Under the pieces are notes generated by a model. The model searched no databases, was not told the DNA's origin, and saw only the letters and a list, made by a program, of their open reading frames with translations. From Malacoraja senta (lineage: Eukaryota), in NCBI GenBank assembly GCA_038087875.1, contig CM075999.1, forward strand, positions 808,001-872,000: a stretch of 64,000 bases of DNA. The letters are read 5' to 3'. Positions within the stretch are counted from its first letter, which is position 1; the number at the start of each line of letters is the position of its first letter. Both the position numbers and the translations under genes were made by a program. This document shows, piece by piece, positions 39,301-48,881 of the stretch.

Positions 39301-42300
39301 ACAGGTTACACTGAAGGATCTCTTCCAGACAGTGAGTATGGTTGCTGCAGATTTTTTCCAATTATGTAACATGTAGTATACTTTTAAATGCAACTCTTTC
39401 ATTTATGTGTGTAAGTTTATGTTCATGAGGATAAGTGCTCATGGGGGCTCATGTAGAAAGTTAAAATGCATAGCAACTAAATAACCTGAATTTTAAAAGT
39501 AATAAAAGTCAATTTTTTTAAACTAATTCGGGAAAATTGCCTTTTTTATCACATGCACCAAGGGAACAAATTGAACAACTGATATCCAATAATGGCAAGA
39601 TAAAATTTTACAAGATAAGTCTTTAGTTCAGAGGTTCACCGGGAAAAATTATATTTTAGAGTTGTGTAAATGGGGAAATTAGAAAAAGTGTTATTTCAAT
39701 CCATTGCATTCCTGTACAATGGTTTATTCTTTACCTGCAGCTCAACCGAATGACGGATCAAGGCGCTTGAATTTTAATGTCACATTTATTATAACAAATT
39801 TGAAATTCAATCAAAATACTCCAAACAACATTATCAAATTGGTAAGTGTAAAATGAATTTTGAATAATATAAATCAGCATGCTGTGCTTCTTTGTCTAAA
39901 ATATTTCCCTTTTTGCATTTGGTAGCTTAACGACTTGTACCGCCAAAGCAATCTAGCAGAAGCATTCTCAAACTGTAACAGCATAGATTTCAGGTAAGAT
40001 ATTTGTGCAAACTCTTCATTACAGTAACTAATGTGTTTAAAAAGAAAGCAGAAAATGCCAGCACAGTTAAAAGGTCATTCAGTATCTGTGGAAAGAACTG
40101 TGTATGTAGTTCATGGGCCTCGTATTCGGTGGAAAGGTTTAAGATAGTATCAGGAAAATATTTTTAGATCAAAACACTCGTGCTTTCAACCACACGGAAA
40201 TTATTTTTTCAAATTGATAGGTAACGAGGACAATATCAGTAAAAATTGCCGTTGACACACTATTTTTCCACCTATAGAATTACGTAGCATTTTAATTTAT
40301 GCTCTGATTTACTTCCCCTGTTCCCTGATGGGAGGCCATTTGATACTTTATATCATCGAGAATAAAATATCAAATATCCTTAGACCATTCCAAAACACTA
40401 ATGCCACAATTCACATTGCCATTTCAGCATTATAGGGTATTATAACAAAGGTTATCTATTATTTTAGAAAATATATATTCAAGTACATTTAAAAAATATT
40501 AATATTGCAGTGAAAATACATCACTATCACATTTTGCAATGATTTTCACTAACTGCATCCTGCTTTTTTTTCCACAGTCCCAGAGACACAGAGGCTTCTA
40601 GAATTGAAGTAATTTGTTCTTTCAAAAATGAGCCAACTATTGATGAAGTTTCTGTCTACAATGAATTCAGGGATAACACTGTGAAAATCACTGAACTGGG
40701 ACAATTTTCATTGAACGAAAATAGCCTCTATGTAAATGGTACGCATTAGTCAAATTAATTTATAGAATAAATTAAAGAATGAGTCATTATTTAAGTGAAA
40801 AAAATAGTTCGGGCACAAATAGCTTTAATGATATAAATGATTCAAGCTCCAATTCCCACGATATGACAGAAAAAACAAAGAGCTAGGGCTTTTTGCAGCT
40901 TCGCTCTAAGTATACACAAAGATTTTTTTCAGGGTAATTGCGATCCAGATCATGGTAGCTTGGAGAAGAAAGAGTTTACAGTAAACTCTTCCAAGGAAAT
41001 GAAAAAAGGATTGTTATTAATTTCAGCAAAAAAAAGAAATATAAATCTAGTAGCAATCTTTAAGTTTGTGTGCTCACATCGAACATAGAACATTGTTCAG
41101 CATAGGCAGGCTCTTCAGCCCACAATGTTTGTGTCAAACATAATGCCAATATAAACTAATCTCCTCTGCCCACACATCATCCATATTCCTCCATTACATG
41201 CATTTTTGCGAGTAGTTGATATTTATTTATGGTCTCTCTGTAGCCACTGACAATGTTTTAACATTTCATATCTTAATTTTAGGTTATCAAGAAGTGAAGC
41301 CAAATGCAGAATCAACTGTACCTGGACCTGAAGGCAGAGAAAATGACTTGTCATTTGAACTTAATTTTACAATAATAAACAGAAATTTTACTGAAGCACT
41401 TAATGATCCAAATTCCCCTGAATATAAAAGCCTAGTTGCCAATATTACTACAAGGGTAAGGACCAACTTTCTGCTTGAAATTATTGACCACATGATCAGA
41501 TGTATGAATTACTTTTGAATCAGTTTTATTAATTACTGTCACTCATTTTGCATGATGTACTATTGTTGCAAAAAATCTGCATTATGAATCTGTTCTGACA
41601 TTTTCTATAAAATGTAATTATCTTTAGAAACTTGTGTAATCAATACTAAATTTTGTATTTTGTATTTTGCAGCTCACAGCATTGTACCAAAACAGCTTGC
41701 TTAAAGACAATTACCGCATCTGTCAAGTTACAGGACTGAGGTAAGAGGATTTCTTCTGCATTTTAAATATTTTTAAATAAAATAAAAATATTACCTATTA
41801 TTGACCCAGCTCAATAACAGCATCCAAAACTATTTTGTGAATTAAATATATCAATACAATTTTTAAATTGTGTCTGGAGCTAAATTGAACCATAAAATAT
41901 AACTGCTCTATTTCCATAAATCACTTGAATCTGCTTCAGTTCAAGTAAGTGTTGCTTGGCGTTTGATAACCATTGAGCCATAGTCATAGATATACAGCTT
42001 AGAAACATTCCCCTCAGCCCAACTTGTCCATGCCGACCAAGATCCCCCATCTATCCAATTTGCCTGTGCCTGGTCCATAACCCTCTAAAGCTTTCGCAAT
42101 GATGTACCTAAACAAATGTATTTTAAAGGTTGTTATTATAGTTGCCTTAACTATTTTCTCTTGCAAAAAATTGCCCCTCGGGTTTCAATTAAATCTTTTG
42201 TACTCACCCTATTTCCTGTAGTTCTTGATTTCCCCATACTGGGAAAAAAAACTGTGCATTTGCCCCATCTATTTCCCTCATGATGTTATATACTTCTGCT

Positions 42301-45300
42301 GTTCCCAACCTGGGGTAAATTTACCCCCGGAGGTAAATTTCGCCTAACCAGCAGGTAAATTTGTTGATTCTGCATTGGTACATATCTTTTCTCATTGTCT
42401 GACTGTTTGGTTCTGGATCTGTTCATCATTAGTTGTTTATAAATAAGTGAAATAACATTGTTATGTGCTATTAAAGTTGCCACGGGTAAACGGGATGAAA
42501 AAGGTTGGGAACCCCTGCTCTATAGGATCACTCCTTATTCTCCTGCACTCCAAGGAACAAAGTCCCAATCTGCCCAACCTGACCCTATTGATCAGGAACT
42601 TGAGTCTGGGCAACATCCTCATAAATCTTATCTGAACTCTTTCCAACTTTGTACATCCTTCCTTTTGTGCAATGAGCGGAAATGCACTCAATATCTGGCT
42701 ATGGCATTATCCTTTAAGTTTAGGCAAAAATGATCCTTCCAAACTCCAAGATTTCTTAATCAAAGATGTTCAGACAGTTTTCTTACTGACCATACCCTAC
42801 CTATTCTGTCGCATGATGCGTAACATATCGAGGTCCATCCCAAGATAGAGATTCACAATTAATTTAGTTCATTCAAACTTAACCAAACCCCTAATTTCTC
42901 CAGGGTTCATAACAGAAAAAAAGCTACATGCCCACGATTATTTTATTATTCATGTACAAATATTTTGAAATACTCTTAATAAATGACTTGGATTCAAACT
43001 TAATTTGTTATGTTGCTATTTCTAACAGATACTGAATCATGGTTATTTTTTTGTTAGACCATTATAGGTGTGCACATATAAATGAGGTTAATACTTTTTT
43101 ATAACAATTTATATATTCTTCTTATTCCCATTAGAATTGGATCAATTAAATGCACTTGCGTGTGCTTTTTTATCCCAACTACCAATGAGTTAGTGACAGC
43201 AGACAAAGTGAAAACAGAATTTGCCACTGGAACAAGTGGAACAACCCTCCTTGGAAATATCTTCCTGCTGCAAATGGATAGTTTGTCAGTGGGTAAAGTA
43301 TCAACTTTGATTTTAAATATTTCTAATATTTCCATATTGATGATTTGTGTTATCTTTTTCACATCCACAACTAGTTTAGTTCAGACATGTTTGTGGATTG
43401 TGTAAAATTAAAATAAATATTCCATTATAATACTTCATCTCAAGATGGGATTATCAAATATATAACATAATTTATATCGGTCAAAAGGACCAAAGTACTA
43501 CATGGATACATTGATCATGTGTTTAGATCAAGTAATGTTTTCTATGATAAAGATATTCTTCTCATAACCAGTCCCTTATCGCCAACAGATTATAACAGGT
43601 ATATATGCACCAAGGCAAATTCCTTGTATGTAAATACTTGGCCAATAAACTTATTCATTCATTCGTTCATTCATAGAAACATAGAAAATAGGTGCAGGAG
43701 TAGGCCATTCGGCCCTTCGAGCCTGCACCGCCATTCAATATGACCATGGCTGATCATCTAACTCAGTATCCTGTACCTGCCTTCTCTCCATACCCTCTGG
43801 TCCCTTTAGCCACAAGGGCCACATCTAACTCCCTCTTAAATATAGCCAATGAACTGGCCTCAACCACCCTCTGTGGCAGATCATTCACCAGATTCACCAT
43901 TCTCTGTGTGAATTTTTTTTTCTCATCTCGGTCCTAAAAGACTTCCCCCTTATCCTCAAACTGTGACCCCTTGTTCTGGACTTCCCCAACATCGGGAACA
44001 ATCTTCCTGCATCTAGCCTGTCCAACCCCTTAAGAATTGTGTATGTTTCTATAAGATCCCCCCTCAATCTTCTAAATTCTAGCGCATAAAAGCCGAGTCT
44101 ATCCAGTCTTTCTTCATATGAAAATCCTGCCATCCCAGGAATCAGTCTGGTGAACATTCTCTGTACTCCCTCTATGGCAAGAATGTCTTTCCTCAGATTA
44201 GGAGACCAAAACTGTACGCAATACTCCAGGTGTGGTCTCACCAAGGCCCTGTACAACAGCAGTAGAACCTCCCTGCTCCTATACTCAAATCATTCAGCAG
44301 TATAATCTGCAGTTCCTTCCTCCATGTATAATTAGGGTTAGTTGGCTGTTTCTTGGGATATAAACTAAAAGATCTAGGAGTGCAAGTACCTAATTCCTTG
44401 AGTGGTGTCACAGTATGCTGGTGAAGATGGCTTTCAACACATTGGCCTTCATTGGCCTTCATCAGTCAGGGTATTCAGTATATAAGTTGGGATGTTATAT
44501 TACAGTTGTACTAGACGTCGGTGAGGCCACATTTGGAGTATTGTGTTCAGTTTTGGTCACCTTGCTAGAGGAAAGATGTTATTAAACGAGAAAGCAGAGA
44601 ACATTGAGGATGTTGCCAGGACCTGAGGGCCAGAGCTACAGGGATAGGTTGGGCAGGCTAGGATTTTACTCCTTTGAGTGCAGGAGGATGAGGGGTGATC
44701 TTTTTGAGATGCATAGATCATGAGGGGAATAGATAGGGTAGATACACACACAGTCTTTTACCCAGAATAGGGGAATCAAGAACCAGGGACATGGTTTTAA
44801 AGTGAGAGGGGGAAGATTTAATAGGAATCTGAGGGGCAACTTTTTCACACAATGAGTGGAAGAAGTATATGGAACCAGCCGTGATGGTTGAGGCAGGTAC
44901 TATAACATTTAAGGGACATTTGGACAGGTACATGGACAGGAAAGGTTTAGAGGGATATGGGGCAAACACAAGCAGGTGGGACAAGTATTGATGGGGCATT
45001 TCGGTCAATATGGGCAAGTTGAGCTGAAGAGCCTGGTTCTATGCTGTCTCTAATTATTTTTACTGATTCACTTGTCTGTATGTTGGATACGAGAAAAAAA
45101 ATCTAATGCCTTTACTATGATAGAAAAGAAAGCATTTTAAGGGTTTGCACCCAATTTCTGTTGAAGTCTCACCACAATGTGCTGCTGCGATTCACCTTAA
45201 TGCTGAAGTCATCAACAATGTGCATATTGCATGGTTCAGGCCTACCAACAGAAAGTAACATCAAGTAGAATGTTAGGAATTAAATATGCATTCAAAAAAG

Positions 45301-48300
45301 TAAAAGGTATTTTCATTTTCACGACCGATAATTAGTTCATCATCCTGCTTTTTGCAGACAGGCACCAATTACAAAGAACACGGCTGATGTGACTCAGATA
45401 TTGTGATATGTTACCCCGGGTGAACGATTTGAAACAACCCAATCACCGCCTGAGCAAACCACTCCAGAGCATGGGTGGTCCAGTAAACTTGGGCATTTAA
45501 TTCCGACAATCATATCCCCTCTTGCCTTACCCCACTGGTTTTCTCCCATACCCATTCCCAGCCTTATGAAGTCTGCCATGGGTAGGGTAGGGTATGGATG
45601 AGATTGCCACCCACGACCACCCTGATTTCTGATTTCACTACCAGCTCTGCTATTGCATGCCCAATATCAATTACTCTGTGTAAAATAAAGTACCCCTCAG
45701 ATAAGACCATAAGATGCCCTTTCTCACTAATCTATTCCCGATACCCCCCATTGGAAAAAAGCTGGCTATCTACCTTATCTATCCCTCTCATAATCTGATA
45801 TTTAATTTGTATTTAATTGGTGATGAAGATTTTAAAACATTAACTTGCAATACACTATTAATTAATTTATGTATTTTCTTCATGCAGAGGCTGAAGTGCC
45901 TGTCTCTCCTACTAAAACAGAAATACCATTTTGGGGAATCATAATTATCGTGGTGGGCATACTGGTCATTCTATTTCTCATTTCTCTCGGCATCTTGTTG
46001 GTAAGTGCATTTAAAAAAAATATTAAGCAGTGTCATTGTAGAGGTGAAATTTAGACGTGCACAGCATATAAAAGAAAATAACACAACGTATGACGAAGGC
46101 CAGCCTCCTGGTATGATAGTTCAATAATCAGAGAGTTCCAAAGTTAATTTATCTCAGAGATTCTCATATTTACTATGTTTTCATACAACATGGAAGGAGG
46201 CCATTTGACCTATCAAGCCCATGTTACCTCTCACATAAATCCCACAAATGTCTACATATTTCACTGCAAGCTTTCAGGATACCTGCAATCAAGTTCACCA
46301 CACAAATGGAAATGAAAACAAAATACATTGTATGAGACGTTCTTTCCAAGAAAAGTCCACATAAAAAAAACAAAGGAGAAGTAACTGCTGGCTGTACTCC
46401 ATCAGATGAGGAAATAAACCGGGAAAGCCTATCATCGCATGGGCCTGAGCAGACCAATCCAAAAATTGTGCCATGCAGAGAAAACAGTATATTTTAGTCC
46501 ATATCTTTTCTTCAGGACTGAAAGCAAAGTAATAAGTAAGTGAAAGGAACACCAACCGCCTCAGTAGGTTGTCACCACCTGTCTTTGCAGAAAGGCTAGC
46601 GAAAATGTAAATTTATGAAGACAATACTCATACTAGAAGCCTATTCCAGGTTTACATTTTTATTTTAAATAAATGCACCCCATTCAGGGTCAATCCATCT
46701 CTGGTGCAAGCATGGAACATAATCTTTTAGATTTCCTACCTGAAGCTGATGCATATAGCTGGGTTCCTTCAGGCTTGGGTATGTAAACAGGCTTTAAATA
46801 AAATATTGAGCCTTGGGATAATAATTCATAAGAAGCTAACTTGGCCTGAGCCTGAGGATTTAAAAGAACATTTGATGGCCAAACCAACACATATCGTCTG
46901 ATGCCTTCAGGCTCAGGAGCAGCCACGCCCCAGCTTGGATAAGGGAATATATGGAACAATGTTACATAGTTTTGTGGCAACAGCATAGAAGCACAGATAT
47001 GGGAAATTACTAGCAGTTACACTAAATGCAATATAACATTAATATAATTAATGGAAAGATTAGAGGCGTGAAGAGGAAGGTTGTTTACATGTAGGGGAGG
47101 CAAGAACTCATTGCTTGAACGCCCCCTCCCATTCCGAATCCGACCTTTCTGTCCTGGGCCTTCTCCATGGCCAGAGTAAGGCTCACCGTAAATTGGAGGA
47201 GCAGCACCTCATATTTTGCTTGGATAGTTTACACCCCAGCGGTATGAACATTAACTTTTCCTATTTCAGGTCGTCCTTGCTTTCTCCTTCTTTTTCTGCC
47301 CTTCCCAGCTCTCCCTCAGCCCGCTGTCTCTGCCTCTTCCTTTCTTCTTCCCCCACCCCTCACATCAGTCTGAAGAAGGGTCTTGACCCAAAACATCGCC
47401 TATTTCCTTCGCTCCATAGATGCTGTCTCACCCGCTGAGTTTCTCCAGCATTTTTGTCTACCTCTGTTCAAAGTTATCTCCACTAACCAGTACTGTTATA
47501 CCAAAGATGTTTCCAATCCCAAATATCATCTCCAAAGTGAACGGCTAAGAGATGATTTGGGATACATTATTTGTGTAAAGATTCCCTCACTATATCTGTC
47601 AGTAACGTACATGATGAAATTGACTGGAATAATAGATTAATCGGGTAGTTTCTCTCATGAAGGAATTAAATGAACGATTTAGCCATTCAACCATTCATCT
47701 GCTAATAACCTATCGAATGAAAGGGCGAGTCATACAGCACAGAGTGAGGCCCATTGACCCAACTCATTCATACTGACCAAGGTGCCCCCTCCAAGCTAGA
47801 CCCATTAGACCCAGTTTGGCCTATATCGCTCTAAACCTTTCCTATCCACAAATGTGCTCAAATGTCTTTTAAATATTGTTATAATACCTGCTTCAACTAT
47901 TTCCTCTGGCAGCTCATTCCATATACCTACCACCCGCTGTCTGAAAATGTTGTCCCTTAGATCCCTATTAAATTTTTCCCCTCTCACCTTAATCCAATGT
48001 CCTCTAGTTCTTAATTCTTAATCCTCTAGTTCTTGATTCTTCTATCTTAGGAAAAAGACTGCATTCACCCAATCTATTTCCCTCGTGATTTTATGCACGT
48101 CTGTAAGATCACCCTTGTTCATAACAAGGGGCTGGACCTGAACACAGGCAGGCACTTGTATGTACAGAAATTAGTTTATCATACCTGACCTTCATCTCGT
48201 ATTTGCAGATATCATTGTTGTTGTTATTGTTACCAGGAGTATTATTCGAGGGAACCTGTATAAGACTTTCTGGACATGTAAAATCAAACCTAAATTTAGG

Positions 48301-48881
48301 TTTGGCTTTTCAGGTTTGGCTGATGGGTCTGGCCAATGCCACACACCTACTTTCAGTGTACCTATGCATGATTATTACCTCCATTAAGAGGGGTATTCTG
48401 TTGGTGGGAGTCGGAAGGGGTCTGGTGCAGGTGTTGGGAGTCCTTATGCACCAACTGCAGCCCAGCAAAGCATGGTCTGATTTCTTTTAAAATTCACTTT
48501 GACTAAGACATTTTCCAGTAAAAGCACAATGTAAACCTCATAGTTCATCAGGCTCCTGATTAAGAAATATCTTCTGGAGACTTGAATAACCTGTGCATCG
48601 TGCCAAAGAAATGAGTCATCTACATGCGTACAATTTGCTCAATGCCATTAGAATAGAAACTGGTTTCTAGTTCCAATTCATCCCAGGAAAGTGACAGCAA
48701 AGATGTTTTTAAATATTGGAATGTATTAAGGAGTATAGTATAATAATTTGTACTTAAAGTGTGTCAATCTCACATTTTAATCTTTCAGACACTGTTTTAT
48801 TTGAAAAAGAAGAAACGTGGATCCTATGACACAATGCAAAATCGTGCTGGATTATACTTTACACATCAGAGATTCCGATAA
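1..48881 (+). CDS. muc16: MUC16/CA125-like transmembrane mucin, 3' part (5' end outside window): 14 complete + 1 partial SEA domains, TM helix, short cytoplasmic tail
   Basis: All exons have GT-AG boundaries and splice into one open frame. Module motifs FNVTF..TNL / LNQLF..S..C / C.F...LGPYSLDSNSLYVNGY resemble MUC16 SEA repeats. The TM begins PFW, and the tail KKKKRGSY..GLYFTH resembles the human MUC16 tail as recalled (RRRKKEGEY..GYYQSH). Confidence 0.88.
1106..2517 (+). CDS. SEA module 1: exons 1106-1260, 1347-1414, 2181-2350, 2494-2517
   Basis: Lengths 155/68/170/24 nt, AG/GT sites, phases 1-0-2-1-1, no stops. Confidence 0.9.
3277..4691 (+). CDS. SEA module 2: exons 3277-3431, 3518-3585, 4352-4521, 4665-4691
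   Basis: Near-identical copy of module 1; 155/68/170/27 nt. Confidence 0.9.
5469..6883 (+). CDS. SEA module 3: exons 5469-5623, 5710-5777, 6544-6713, 6857-6883
   Basis: Near-identical copy; splice sites intact. Confidence 0.9.
7657..9179 (+). CDS. SEA module 4: exons 7657-7811, 7898-7965, 8836-9005, 9156-9179
   Basis: A and B exons are array-1 type; C and D are more diverged (PSAVQGTRVHANCTFRNDSDPQDVN...; GYHEPRTT). Confidence 0.88.
8055..8802 (-). mobile_element. Penelope-like element 3' fragment (GIY-YIG endonuclease)
   Basis: Minus-strand FTCTSSNLIYCNRCSRCGPLYIG is a GIY-YIG motif with CxxC; the tail is shared with other copies in the window. Confidence 0.75.
9649..11939 (+). CDS. SEA module 5 (divergent): exons 9649-9809, 9899-9966, 11046-11218, 11913-11939
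   Basis: 161/68/173/27 nt; FNVTFNVLTLPFTPSLQNISSPAY / LNNLFANSRVNSTFSRCPSVSFR / PASDGKTTTVEAICVF...LGSYSLDNNSLFVNG. Confidence 0.88.
10380..10665 (-). mobile_element. tRNA-derived SINE, degenerate
   Basis: Similar by eye to the SINE copies at 58660-58860 and 59140-59425 (B-box-like gggttcaatcc on the minus strand). Confidence 0.55.
12619..14149 (+). CDS. SEA module 6: exons 12619-12773, 12860-12927, 13816-13985, 14123-14149
   Basis: 155/68/170/27 nt, open frame, canonical splice sites. Confidence 0.87.
12948..13154. mobile_element. Fold-back non-autonomous element made of two inverted Penelope-tail sequences
   Basis: Inverted repeat centred at 13064; target-site duplication aata(t/g)tgatagtaa at 12934-12947 and 13155-13168. 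Confidence 0.7.
14402..14805. mobile_element. hAT-type MITE
   Basis: TIRs cagtggcggattta / taaattcggcactg; 8 bp TSD agactact at 14394-14401 and 14806-14813. Confidence 0.85.
14952..17095 (+). CDS. SEA module 7: exons 14952-15106, 15193-15260, 16757-16926, 17063-17095
   Basis: 155/68/170/33 nt, open frame. Confidence 0.87.
17473..17565 (+). pseudogene. Truncated orphan SEA exon A (pseudo-exon)
   Basis: The acceptor ttcttaacag is intact and reads VPPTPTTNPFDFNVTFVITNLASTANFQDP. It then runs into LINE sequence with no donor and no B/C/D exons, with an in-frame TAA at 17637-17639. Confidence 0.75.
17618..18469 (-). mobile_element. 5'-truncated L1-clade LINE inserted in an older CR1-like remnant
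   Basis: Minus-strand ORF2 C-terminus (CDKC..H..C knuckle; KKLILKFWK..PT...W; FQKTW); poly(T) tail on +; TSD tatacttct at 17609-17617 and 18470-18478. Confidence 0.8.
18553..18581 (+). ncRNA. Minimal hammerhead-ribozyme-like motif (Penelope tail)
   Basis: CUGAAGA-A-GGGU(UUCG)GCCC-GAAAC-GUU; helix I is weak. Confidence 0.5.
19093..22253 (+). CDS. SEA module 8: exons 19093-19229, 19317-19384, 21910-22079, 22227-22253
   Basis: 137/68/170/27 nt (134 aa unit); first copy of the 4331 bp array. Confidence 0.9.
20145..21662 (-). mobile_element. CR1-like LINE 3' fragment with a nested Penelope-like fragment (20830-21308)
   Basis: RT motifs VTSGVPQGSVLG..FTIYINDL..KFADDTK; nested KRRLGDRFTEH...PVAQHFN...LEEQHLIF flanked by a 16 bp TSD. 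Confidence 0.88.
23424..26584 (+). CDS. SEA module 9: exons 23424-23560, 23648-23715, 26241-26410, 26558-26584
   Basis: Copy at +4331. Confidence 0.88.
24476..25993 (-). mobile_element. CR1-like LINE with nested Penelope-like fragment (array copy 2)
   Basis: Copy at +4331. Confidence 0.88.
27755..30915 (+). CDS. SEA module 10: exons 27755-27891, 27979-28046, 30572-30741, 30889-30915
   Basis: Copy at +8662. Confidence 0.88.
28807..30324 (-). mobile_element. CR1-like LINE with nested Penelope-like fragment (array copy 3)
   Basis: Copy at +8662. Confidence 0.88.
32086..35246 (+). CDS. SEA module 11: exons 32086-32222, 32310-32377, 34903-35072, 35220-35246
   Basis: Copy at +12993. Confidence 0.88.
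33138..34655 (-). mobile_element. CR1-like LINE with nested Penelope-like fragment (array copy 4)
   Basis: Copy at +12993. Confidence 0.88.
36417..39331 (+). CDS. SEA module 12: exons 36417-36553, 36641-36708, 38990-39159, 39305-39331
   Basis: A and B are array-2 type; C and D are unique (SANIQDTRVHANCTFRNDSDPREVN...; GYTEGSLPD). Confidence 0.88.
37355..37785 (-). mobile_element. CR1-like LINE remnant without the Penelope insertion
   Basis: VTSGVPQGLVLGPQLFTIHINDL..KFADDTKLGG; single copy of atgcttactttaattg. Confidence 0.85.
39741..40738 (+). CDS. SEA module 13 (penultimate, compact): exons 39741-39841, 39926-39993, 40578-40738
   Basis: 101/68/161 nt; LNFNVTFIITNLKF / LNDLYRQSNLAEAFSNCNSIDFS / PRDTEASRIEVICSF...LNENSLYVNG; absent from the ORF track, found by reading splice sites. 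Confidence 0.85.
41283..43292 (+). CDS. SEA module 14 (membrane-proximal): exons 41283-41455, 41673-41740, 43135-43292
   Basis: 173/68/158 nt; FELNFTIINRNFTEALNDPNSPEYKSL / LTALYQNSLLKDNYRICQVTGLR / IGSIKCTCVCFF... Confidence 0.85.
42296..42517. mobile_element. Probable hAT/Charlie-like MITE inside a CR1-like remnant (~41990-42690)
   Basis: Terminal inverted sequences gttcccaacct / aggttgggaacccctg; left TSD not clear. Confidence 0.55.
43670..44290 (-). mobile_element. CR1-like LINE 3' fragment
   Basis: YRALVRPHLEYCVQFWSP..LAIEGVQR..TRLIPG...RTRGHSL. Confidence 0.88.
44330..45050 (+). mobile_element. Degenerate CR1-like LINE 3' fragment
   Basis: gtgaggccacatttggagtattgtgttcagttttggtc (VRPHLEYCVQFW) and the downstream CR1-type tail. 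Confidence 0.75.
45888..46000 (+). CDS. Transmembrane exon
   Basis: tgcag|EAEVPVSPTKTEIPFWGIIIIVVGILVILFLISLGILL|gtaagt; 113 nt, phase 1 to 0. Confidence 0.9.
47113..47462 (+). mobile_element. Penelope-like 3' fragment
   Basis: PSHSESDLSVLGLLHGQSKAHRKLEEQHLIFCLDSLHPSGMN plus the shared tail. Confidence 0.78.
47740..48110 (-). mobile_element. Degenerate CR1-like 3' fragment
   Basis: FRQRVVGIWNELPEEIVEA...FKRHL. Confidence 0.7.
48789..48881 (+). CDS. Terminal coding exon, cytoplasmic tail
   Basis: tctttcag|TLFYLKKKKRGSYDTMQNRAGLYFTHQRFR-TAA; phase 0 matches the TM exon; polybasic stop-transfer motif. Confidence 0.87.
   Translation, partial: TLFYLKKKKRGSYDTMQNRAGLYFTHQRFR

Noticed and set aside
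46690..46986. 98 aa minus-strand ORF in the last intron
   Set aside because: No recognisable domain or convincing splice context
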